In this document: piece after piece, positions 38,484 through 50,039 of the stretch
Layout: each line of letters opens with the position of its first letter
Numbering within the stretch: position 1 is the stretch's first letter
Assembly: GCA_951406725.2 (NCBI GenBank)
Contig: OX597817.1
Coordinates: 105,338,001 to 105,402,000 of the forward strand
Length of the DNA stretch: 64,000 bases
DNA from: Octopus vulgaris
Taxonomy: Eukaryota
Reading direction: 5' to 3'
Position numbers and translations under genes: made by a program
The notes under the pieces: generated by a model
Told to the model about the DNA's origin: nothing
What the model saw: the letters and a program-made list of their open reading frames with translations, nothing else
Databases searched by the model: none

Positions 38484-38550
38484 AACCTCAGTCTTCAGTC
38501 AAGAACCGGATCATCGTAGTAATTTCGGCTGATTAATCTTGAGATTACTA
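38484..38550 (-). ncRNA. Strand-order-inverted hammerhead-like motif, family A copy 1
   Basis: tagtaaT-C-tcaaga-ttaatc-agcc-GAA-Attacta-(12 nt)-tcttga-CTGAAGA-ctga-ggtt. Confidence 0.65.
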
Positions 38551-39328
38551 GATCACGGCCAGCCCTCCAAGAAAAACTAAGCAACGAGCATTAGAAAAAC
38601 TAAGCTGGAAGCGTAGATTTCCTGGAAGAAGGATCGAATGCATACGAACACCAGGACAGCAAAAGGGACAGATATAAAAAAAACAAAAAACAATAATGGA
38701 ATACAGAAACATGAAATACAGAAGCATTAACGGTGAAAACAACAAGTGTCTTACGACTGATAACAAGCTAACAAATTTTTTCTCTGGCGCATTGGAAGAA
38801 GCCTTTATAGCGGCGGACGAAAAACAACGATGTTAACACGACGAGGGTCAGGAGCTGAAAGGCAGATTTCGGCCAACAGTCACGTGACAGAGAAGAGGGA
38901 AAAGAAAAGAAAGAGAAGCAAAGGAAGAGAGAGAGAGAGGAGGGACAAACGCAACAAAGAGAGAGAAGAGAGAGAAAGAAGGAATCAGAGAGGAGAAGGG
39001 ATGGGTGTCGAAGAATGACCTGTGAGTGCAGAGCGAGACAAAGAAATAGGAGGGTAGTGGAAGACTAGACCAAAGAATCAGAGGAAAGAGAAGAGAAAAA
39101 GAGGATGAGTAGAGAGAAAAGAGAGAGAGGGGGACAGATCAAGTAAAAATGAGAGAGAGAGAGAGACAAACAGAGAGTCGTACCAATTATTAAGAATATG
39201 TGCTCACATTAATGTTAAGGGGGGTACGGGGCGCCTGGAATATATGTTAAGGTATGTAGAAAAATACAACATGGACAAGAACGTATAACTCTTAGAGACG
39301 ATACAATAAACACGGACAGGACATTCGA

Positions 39329-39396
39329 AACCCTCAGTCTTCAGTCAAGAACCGGATCATCGTAGTAATTTCGGCTGATTAATCTTGAGATTACTA
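39329..39396 (-). ncRNA. Strand-order-inverted hammerhead-like motif, family A copy 2
   Basis: Same as 38484-38550 with one extra G 3' of the core. Confidence 0.65.
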
Positions 39397-39582
39397 GATC
39401 ACGGCCAGCCCTCCAAGAAAAACTAAGCAACGAGCATTAGAAAAACTAAGCTGGAAGCGTAGATTTCCTGGAAGAAGGATCGAATGCATACGAACACCAG
39501 GACAGCAAAAGGGACAGATATAAAAAAACAAAAAACAATAATGGAATACAGAAACATGAAATACAGAAGCATTAACGGTGAA

Positions 39583-39651
<69 letters not shown>

Positions 39652-39675
39652 AAGTATATATCTCCATGTATATAT

Positions 39676-39714
<39 letters not shown>

Positions 39715-39804
39715 AAGGTTTGGAGGTGATGTACAGGTATTATATAACCTTATTTTTTCTAATATATATATACAAATATATGTATATATATAGATATATA
39801 TATA

Positions 39805-39857
<53 letters not shown>

Positions 39858-40889
39858 AAATGTATATATATATACATACACCCATACATACATACACCCA
39901 TACACATACATGCATCCTACACACACAGACATACACACTCACACATACATACACACACTCACTCACACACCTGCATGTACGCGCACACACATGCACATAC
40001 ACACACTTCCACACACACACACGTACATACATACACACTCATACACATACACACACACACACGGACATACATCTATACACACACATATACACACACATAC
40101 TTACATACATTCATCGGACACACTGACACCCAGACCTACACACAGACACACTCACACATCCACACACACACATACTTACACACACACACTCGCAGGCGCG
40201 CGCACATACACGCTTGTGCGCGTTCGCGAACGCATACACGCATGCATGCACCTCGCTCGTGGGTACTGACTAGATCTCCTGTTCGTATCTGGGGCTGGCG
40301 CGTGTCTTTGGGTTCTCCCACGCCTGTCGCCGCGGGACCACTCTTCCATCTTTCCCTCAGCTGCAGTTTTTTTTCCTTAATACCCCCCCCTTTTTGTACA
40401 CACACGCACACACATACACACACCCACTCACACACACACATTTGCATATATATATACATTACACTTACACACACTTCAAATTTACTTGCCATACATACAA
40501 CTACGCACACTGGACACACACACACTACCACTCAACACACACACTGGCACGTTACATACGCCCCCACCCTTTCCCTCCTTCCCTTCTTCCCTCCTTCCTC
40601 CTTTTTTTACCACTGACCACTCACTTGAGACTTGCTATGTCAACTATTGTTCGCCCTACTACACACACTTACATACAGACGCACGCACTAACATATACAT
40701 ATATTTTTTGTTTTTTATCTCGCCTCACACACACATACACACACGCCCACGCACACACTCACACATACATACACATCATTTTTTTTTACCAACCTTCCTG
40801 TCTCCACTCTTTTGGCTTTAAAAACCTACTTTGCCTTGTTATCCAAAACTTCCGGTCTTTCAGCATGTGTACTTCGTAAACACCAGTCG

Positions 40890-41077
40890 CGTTTTTTTCC
40901 CTCTGTTCGCCCACATCGGGATCCTTCTTTCTTCTTTCTTCCTTCTCTTATGTTTCCGACGAAGAGCTCCGCTCGAAACGTCATACCCTCCTTCTTCCAT
41001 TTTCCTGAGCGCCTAATAATAATAATACTGTAATTGTTCCACGTGTTGTTGTTTTTTCTGTTTTCCCGTTTGGATTA

Positions 41078-41080
<3 letters not shown>
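40890..41080 (+). mobile_element. Pseudo-LTR (43203 family), hammerhead 40952-40986 with U4C
   Basis: gttt-CCGACGA-A-GAGC tcc GCTC-GAA-ACGT-C-atac. Confidence 0.7.
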
Positions 41081-41108
<28 letters not shown>

Positions 41109-41156
41109 GGATAGATAGATATCCATATATATCCATATGTATATCTATCTATCCAT

Positions 41157-41373
41157 CTGCACGCATATGTTTTTTCTCTCCTTCTTTCTGTGTTTTTTCT
41201 CTGTGTATCTTTCTGTTGAAGAGCGTAGGCTCGAAACGTTAAAGACTTGTTTTATTTATATTTCCTGAGCGCCATACTAATACAATTGTTTGTTTGTATT
41301 CCACCTGCCTTCGTCTTTTGTTTATTTCCGTAAACCTGCCTTCGTCTTTTGTCTATTTTCATAAAGCTTCCCG

Positions 41374-41375
<2 letters not shown>
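41157..41375 (+). mobile_element. Solo pseudo-LTR of the 28491 family, hammerhead at 41208-41245
   Basis: tcttt-CTGTTGA-A-GAGC gtag GCTC-GAA-ACGT-T-aaaga; near-identical to 32170-32357. Confidence 0.85.
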
Positions 41376-41409
<34 letters not shown>

Positions 41410-41439
41410 ATATCCATTTATATAGATATATATATGTAA

Positions 41440-41501
<62 letters not shown>

Positions 41502-42731
41502 ATGCATAGAAAAAGTGAATGGGGAGACAGACAGCTATATATGTTTATCAGTCATATTCTTTATGAGATACCCGATTTCGTAGGACATCAGTTTATTGGC
41601 TTCTATATAACCTTTACACTTCTTTTATCGTTAAAATTCTTATCGTCTTGCACGTATATGATGGTTAATTTTTATACGATAATAGAAATATATTTGTGAT
41701 ATGTGACAAAACAAGAGACGGTGTGCTGGCAGAAACATTAGCACGCCGGGCGAAATGCGTAGCTGTATTTCGTCTGCCGTAACGTTCTGAGTTCGAATTC
41801 CGCCGAGGTCGACTTTGCCTTTAATACTTTCGGGGTCGATTAAATAAGTAGCAGTTATGCACTGAGGTCGATATAATCGACTTAATCCGTTTATCTGTCC
41901 TTGTTCGTCCCCTCTGTGTTTAGGCCCTGTGGGCAATAAATAAATAAGAAACGTTAGCACGCGGGCGAAATGCTTAGCGGTACTTCTTCTGTCTTTACGT
42001 TCTGAGTTCAAATTCCGCCGAGGTCAACTTTGCCTTTCATCCTTTCGGAGCCGATAAATTAATCGACTGGCCCCGTCCCTCAAAATTTCGGGCCTTGTGC
42101 CTAGAGTAGAAACGATTGTGACAAAACAAAATACCAAATAGTTTGAATGCAATGCTTCTATTTTATATCTCTATAATCCCACTTTCAGTTAATCCCATTT
42201 TAATAGTTTTATTTCCTCGGCCTATTGTTGAGCAGTCGGTATACAGCTGGTCTTAAAATGAACTGTACTCGCTCTTCAAACGAAAACCGGCTTTGGTATT
42301 TCTAAATAGATGTGTCAAAACAATGCCTGAAAGGAAGTGTTTATCTCTCAGATTAAAAGTGAAGGTTTGCTGGAAGCCTGTGCCACAGTAATTTTCTCGA
42401 CTCTTGCTGTTACTGCAGTCACAGTTCCTATTATAGTGAGTGACCCTCCCTAAATTTATTTCCTGTATGTTTATTGCTGCTGTCACGACCTCTATCCACT
42501 TGCAGGAAGTTCTTTTTAGTTCTACTATTACGTTGTTACATAGAAAGAAATTGAATAATAATAGACATCATGAGTCCAGAGAAATTCACTGGAAAAAAGT
42601 GCTAGGAAAAGTCATTAGGGAATTTCCATAAATGAGTGACGTTTTGATTCATTGTTTTAAGCTATTGATATATATATAATAGAAGGGAATATAATTCCAA
42701 ACTTAAGATAAGTACATTTATTCTATTATTA

Positions 42732-42843
<112 letters not shown>

Positions 42844-42845
42844 TT

Positions 42846-42965
42846 AGACCTGATGAGTGACTATATTTTTAAATAGAATTAATTTTAGATCGATTTAATT
42901 TTAAATCGAATTGATTTTATTATTATTATCTATTTGAAAATATACCCACGAAACCCGCGTACTCT
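42846..42965 (+). ncRNA. Type I hammerhead-like motif with ~93-nt extended stem II
   Basis: agac-CTGATGA-GTG ac tatatttttaaataga ... tcgattta attt taaatcga ... tctatttgaaaatata cc CAC-GAA-AC ccgc GT-A-ctct. Confidence 0.7.
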
Positions 42966-43202
42966 TTTTACTACTATTTACTATTTATTATTTTTGTACT
43001 TTATTGATTTTTATTATAAAGTTTTTATAGTATATGTTTTCTATATGCTGTGAATAACATCTTTCATTATTGAATTGTTTAATAGAGGTTTTTCTCTAAA
43101 TTATATACATATACATACACACATACATACATGCATGCATACATACATACATACACACATACATACATACATACATACATACATACATACATACATACAT
43201 CA

Positions 43203-43415
43203 AAATGTGACCGCGTGTGTACCGTTGGCGATTTTTTCCTCCGTCTTCCCTTCCTTGGATCTTTCCTTTTCCTATGTTTCTGACGAAGAGCTCCGCTCGA
43301 AACGTTAAATCCTCCTTCTTTCTTTCCTTTCCTGAGCGTCCAATAACACTATACTTGTTTCACGTCCTCGTGTTGTTGTGTTTTCTCTTTGTGTTTTCAT
43401 GTTTAGATTAACTTT
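43203..43415 (+). mobile_element. Solo pseudo-LTR with consensus-core hammerhead (43276-43310)
   Basis: gttt-CTGACGA-A-GAGC tcc GCTC-GAA-ACGT-T-aaat. Confidence 0.8.
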
Positions 43416-43466
<51 letters not shown>

Positions 43467-43890
43467 TAGTTCTTTCGTATGTACTGACAGGTAATATGTG
43501 ACTTAAGATATTTATGTTTTATTTGTTTCACTGGACTGTTGTGGCACCGTCTTGCAGGACATTTTTTTTAAAGCTTTATACTTTTCCTGTCGTTCTCTTG
43601 CAAAAAACCAACAACGGCTATTTAGTAGTGAAGGATAAATATATATACATGCATACACTACGGGCTCCAACACAGTTTCCGTCTTCCAAATTCACTCACA
43701 AAGCATTGGTCAGCCGGGGATATAGTAGAAGACACTTGCCCAAAGTTGCCGCGTAGTGGGACTTAATCCGAAATCACATGGTTGCAAAGCGATCTTCTTA
43801 AACACACAATCATACTTTGTTATTTATATGTCTTAAATGAAATGCACTATTTTTCTAACTGCTAACTAAATTGTGATTTTCATTGAGTGT

Positions 43891-44007
<117 letters not shown>

Positions 44008-45883
44008 CGCGACTATTTCCCGTCCACTGACTTCATATGTTGTTTTAAAGAGTTAAAAACAAAAAAAAAACTTTTAAATAAATTAACTAAACCTGAACTG
44101 CGTAAAGAATTATACCGATACGAAATTAAAGCGTTTCGAATTATAAATGTGTTGAATTATAAATATGACATTAATTTGGGCTCATATAAGGAGATGGGCA
44201 AACGCGAAAAAAAAAACCGAAAAAAAACAGAAGTAATTATAAAACAGTATGAGGGAAATGCCAAAGGCATTTGCGCGTGTCATTTGGTAAACTAAAGCGA
44301 ACTGATATTTCAGGAAATTATATGATTAAAATGAATTTTAAGATATGGTTTATAAAATTTATAAAAATAAATGTTCCTTCTCAAGCCATGCCAGGCTCAT
44401 AACGTTTCAGTGGTGTAGAAATTCCCCACCTGGGTGGGACGCCGGATTACTCATTTTTGCCAGCTGAGTGGAATGGAGCAACATGAAAATGAAGTGTTTT
44501 GCTCAAGAACACAACACATCGCCCGGTTCAGGAATCGAAACCACAACCATACGATCATGTGTTCAACACCCTAACCACTAAGCCACGCGCCTCCACGATA
44601 AAATTTGTAACCATTACCAAAATAGTTTCTTCGTGGTAAAAAATTATGCTTGACAAGGAAAAGCAAAATATGAAAAAGAAGAAATATTTTACACCGTCTA
44701 ATCGTGGAAAGTAAAGCATAAGGGTACAAGTATATTTTCGCACGTCACCGAAATCTATCCTGCTTTACACGTTCGCTTTAAGTTGGTACCACATACTATA
44801 GCTACAAGTAAAGATGTTACGAAATTTAAAGGAAAATTGGTAGGAAAGGATAAAAAGCAGAAAGGAAGCTTACAGACAGAAGAATTCAATCAAATGTCGG
44901 TGTTTAAGACTGGGTATATGATTTAGGATTCTAAACATTAGACGCAGACATGGTTGTGTAGTAAGAAGCTTTCTTCCCAACCACATGATGTTCAGTTTTA
45001 CTGCGTGACACCTAGGGCAAGTGTCTTTTACCATAGCCACAAGCCGACCAAAATCTTGTAAGTGGAAACTGAAAGAAGCCCGTCGTGTGTGTGTATATAT
45101 AAATGTGTGTGTGTATGGTGGCTTTCTGTCTGTGTTCGCCCCTCCCCACCGCTTGGCAAGTGGTGTTGTGTTTACGTTCCTGTAACTTAGTTCGGCAAAG
45201 GAAATGGAAAGAATAAGCAACAAGCTTAAAAAAAGCACTGAGGGCCGATTTGTTCGACTAAAAGGTCTTCAAGGCGGTGCCCCAGCATGGCCGCAGTCAA
45301 CTGACTGAAACAAGCAAAAGTTAAAAGATTATAGGATTATGTTTAACATTCAAGAGGGTAGTTTTTATAAGAAGTCGTGCTTGGAACACTAGTAAATTCT
45401 TAGTCTAACCTATTTCTTGTGTACAGGTGCAAGCTCATATAAGAGAGATTGTCTCAGGAAATGTTTAAAATGGAGGTGGAAAAGAAGCAATTTAATCTTA
45501 AAGAATTGTTAGAGAGATTGTGTTGCTATTCGTAACAAGTTGAACGACCACAGAGGTTGTATGGGTGTTATAGATGAATGTAAAGGAAATGTAAAAAAAA
45601 AAAAAAAAAATAATAATATATAAAAAATAAATTGAGTGCTGGAGGAAAAGTGAAATTATTATGTGTAGTGTGAGGCAGTGATGGCAATTTAGCAATGTTA
45701 AAGGTAGAACTAGCATTTTTTCAAGGCTAATTAGCAGGAATATTTTGAATCTAGCATTTAGTAGGAAAACTCGCTCATTAAAAAAAGATTTTAGCAGTTT
45801 ATCATTATATGTCTTTGTGTGTATGCGCATGCCTTATGAGAAATTGTTGTGTGGTGTATGAGTGCTTATGTCTTTGTGTGTGT

Positions 45884-45930
<47 letters not shown>

Positions 45931-46769
45931 AGGGTTTCCCCACTCAAAATTCGACATTATTTACCTCATCAACGTCCATCTCAAATTCGCCTTTATCAAA
46001 CTCAATTTCGTAAGTCTTGATTATGTTGTCATCAGTTCTAATTTCCTTATCGTAAACTTAAATGTCGTCACTGTAGCATGGAACAAATTTTTTTTTAATA
46101 AACTGACATTAATATCAGTAATTACATGTTACGAAGATTGTAGAAGAACGTTAACATTAAAATGTTTTGCAAAGGATTGCAAGTTTTGTACAAAAAATCG
46201 TCACATTACTGTAAGCACACGTACATACATTTAGTACATTAGATGCAAAACTACATACCACACTACATATACAACACGACAAAGTTAAATAACATTAATA
46301 CAACCTTTTGTTTATCATTCCATTTCTTTTGCTCTCTTATCAACTCCTAAAAAAGTTTAGTATTTTCGGTAATATAAGTGATCCCGGTGTCCAGCATTAT
46401 ACACGCACACGAAGACATTAGTAAGGTCGCATCAGAACTATTGGTAGTATTGTTTGAGTTGTATGAAAAATCACGAGTTGTACCCGTGCCCATCTCTAAC
46501 GGGGAGGGACACTGGGCGGCACTGATTCCTCACTATTCAATGGTGCACCCTCAGATCTAGTAAATACAGTTTACAAAAATCTTACCGCAATACAAATTAG
46601 TGCATACCCAGAATATTCTGAAGCACCCCCAGGCAACAAAGTCTGGCGACGGGCCCGGTTGTTTTAACGTTTCCAATCAGTAAGAATATTCATTAATATT
46701 CATTGAAGACTATCCCGAATCCCTTACTCAACAACGGACGACATTTACACTGTAAACGAGGTGAAGGTG

Positions 46770-47240
46770 TCCTCCACCCTCCACCCAAAGTATTAAAGGA
46801 CAAGAAAGAAAGAACAATTTATACAGAACTTACGCCACTGCAACAAGGTAAATTGAAGTGGTGTCAGAAGCACAGGTGAAACAGGCACTGAGATCAGTCT
46901 GGCAGAAGATAGTATACCTTGCCAGGGAACGAAAATATGGAACGGTAGAGGTGCAGTTTAAGGATATAGCAACTGCCAGACTGTACTCGGCCACACCGCT
47001 GTAGACAGATGAGGTAGCACTTCTACCCGTGTACATTGGGAGACGTACTTCCAGAGTTCGGGTTGAATGCATACTACCAGAATTGACTGTGGCCTGGCTG
47101 GTGGCTGTCATACTGCTGGGAATGGAAGAGAAGGTGGTGGTCCTGCAGGCCAACAGAACAACCCACAGGCATTTGAAAGGACAAACTCTTGAAATTGTGG
47201 TACAAGTCGCAAAGGAGGACACACAAGGTAAAAGATGACC
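46770..47240 (+). pseudogene. Decayed coding-like segment, possibly a LINE ORF1 remnant
   Basis: Higher-GC, mostly open stretch ...KIVYLARERKYGTVEVQF...*TDEVALLPVYIGRRTSRVRV...; no diagnostic motif recognised. Confidence 0.25.
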
Positions 47241-47416
47241 CCAACCCACACCACCCCAACCACTCTCTACAGACACCAACCTTTCCCATGCCCAGTCTGA
47301 CAAAAAACTATGGCAAACACACAGGAACCTCAAAACTACCCTGCCCCACCCTTTAATGAAAAATTCGTTTTAATGTACAATGGACAGATTGAGGGACTGG
47401 ATAAAGAAGTAAATTC

Positions 47417-47730
47417 GGATCTTTTCATTTTGACCGGCAGATTTTAAAAATAATTTCTTTGTAACTAAACACTTTTAAACTTCGTATACTGGTAGTGTGT
47501 TACATAAAACATCTTTTTCTCTTGGCAGAAATTGTATTCACCTCAATAGACGTCATTGATTGGTTGAAATTGCCGAAATGCAAGAAATTAAACAACAAAT
47601 AGCTTACAAACTACAGAATTTTCTCAAGAAAGCCAAGAGAAAAAGCTGTTTTATATAACACACGAAGTTTAAAAGTGTTTAGTTACAAAGAAATTATTTT
47701 AAAAATCAGCCGGTCAAAGTGTAAAGATCC
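47417..47730. mobile_element. MITE with long TIRs and 8-bp TSD (Merlin-like GG termini)
   Basis: gtaaattc|GGATCTTT...AAAGATCC|gtaaattc; ~100-bp imperfect inverted arms. Confidence 0.85.
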
Positions 47731-48339
47731 GTAAATTCGTGGGACAGAACAATCAAGGTGGATACATCAGGTGTAAGGGGTTGGCCCGAGAACGATTATT
47801 GTGTGCTGACGGACCTGGACAACCTGTGGAAAGTGCATAGGTATATAGAGAACTGTGACTGTGAATGGTAGTCCAAAAAATAGACACTAGCACAATGCCG
47901 AAAAAATAAGGTACGTGGACATTTAAAAAAATATAATATAAAAATATTGGAAAAAGAGACGGATTAACTATTGTATAAATAATTGTGATTAAACGATATA
48001 CCAAATTGGCTATTACAAAGGATAATGCAAATTGTGTTGCTACAGATTCAATGAAGTCGCTTGGAGATGGGGCCGAGCGACTTCATTTCATCTTTCATCG
48101 TATAATTTCTTTCATTTTATTCGGGTTCTTTTTGTCCCCACCATGTGCTGTCCCCTTTGTGTAAGGCCTTTATGGCCATAAAAATAAAATGTGTTTGTGT
48201 GTGGAGGTGGGTGGGAGTGAGAGTGGTTTTTTACTTTTAGTAGTATCCTATATCTGTGTTGAATGTCTTTCTAAAAACTTAAAATGGTATTTTTTTATCC
48301 TTCTTCAACTACACAAATACTTATAACGGGTTGTTACCA

Positions 48340-49800
48340 TGCTTATTAATAACAAAGAATGACAGAAGAATATAAACAATTGCACATCTAAATGCATACC
48401 TACTGAATTTGTTGCTGAGGGAGCTTAAAAACTTGTGGCTTGAAATACAAACTCACTATAAAATTATGAATCCAAAATTCGTTTTACTGCTCAGCTGCTC
48501 TTGGAAATGCAATGCGATTTTTAAAATATACTTTGTTTACACAAAAAAATTATGTTTAGATTTGAAGCACTTTCAAGACGATAGTAATAAAGTTTTCAAG
48601 TCAAACACAGTGGATAAAACTAAGATATTTACAGAGCTTTCCCATTTGATAAAATCCGTTATACATATCCTTGTATCGCTACAGTCTGCGCGTTGAGTCT
48701 TTTAATAAAGTACTTGACGTAGCTCCAATCTATTCAGCTAAAATGAATGCCAGCCGAATGCTGGTGCTGCTCCCCCCCTCTCTCTCTTTGGCTGTCATAT
48801 TATCGATGTTCCATTGAATCAAGGACAGGCGGTGCAAGAGATTGTCTATATCTGCTTGGGATTGCATTGACATCTAAAAATAATTAACGAAACCATGGTA
48901 TACATAACCAGACAATGTTCGTAGGCAATGACAGTTATAGTTGATTGGCCAATGAATAAAATAGATCCTCTTAATCCTAATTCTAATATTGAAGAATTTT
49001 TGAATCCAATCTTTATTGTTGGTTAAGAGTTCGAGATAAAAATACTAGAAATGATGCTCAGGAAAATAACAGTTGAAGTAAAAAATAAAAACTCAGGAAA
49101 AAATTTGAAAATGTTCTTTACCTGTACAAACAGTTCAAACAGCGATTACCAGAAAATTTTAACAATGAAAAGCATTAAATAATTTTCAGTGAAAATATTT
49201 TGAGACAAAGAACTAATTATTCTTTTAAAACCCATTAACTAAGCCATAATTATACAGCAATCATATCATATTTCAATATATTTCATTTGCTTAAACGATC
49301 GAATACTATCAGGACTGAAAAAACTTTTACTGAAATATTTTGTTATTACAAGCATGCGAGTGAAGGAAATTCTTTTTGAGATGTTGCATTTGCTGTTCTC
49401 TTAATATTTATTAATTCAAATGCTAAAGTAGAAAGATTATTCACAAGCGTGAATATTATCAAAACAAAATCGAGAAATATGTTGTAACTTCGAACGCTTG
49501 GGGCTATTCTCTCTGTAAAATATGGCCTGAAACAACACGATAAACGTTGCAAAGATTATTATTTGCCCGAAGCAACACTAAATAAAATCGACACAGTGGA
49601 CAGTTTGCTAACTTAGAAACAAGGCAGTAATGTTGGAAATATTTAAGGATTAATCGATTTAGTATGCTAATTCAGATATATTAGCAAAGATTTAATTTTT
49701 ACACTTCCTTTTCAATAAAGTAAACAAGTGGCATGATTTTTTTTTCATGTTTAGTATTTTCAATTCTGTTTGTAGCATCTATTTTTTAGAAAGCAACCAA
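48340..49800 (+). mobile_element. Degenerate hAT-like transposase remnant
   Basis: ~49390-49610 reads LLIFINSNAKVERLFTSVNIIKTKSRNML*LRTLGAIL, matching the hAT dimerisation motif S.A.VER.FS. Confidence 0.7.
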
Positions 49801-50039
49801 CAGACTATAGTTTTCGTTTGACAAAACAGTCCAAGTGTCTCGATTCAGTTAGAAGGTGGTTGCCGCACAATTGTCTAAAGGTAGAACATTTTGCTGCCCT
49901 TTTCAGAGTTGTACGTTGCTTTTTTTTTTTAATTTAGATTATTTCCAGCTATGAAATTATTTTTTAAAGATATAATTACTTTTAAATATCATATTAAACT
50001 ATTAACTAAATATATTTGAACTAGCCTACAATAAAATCA

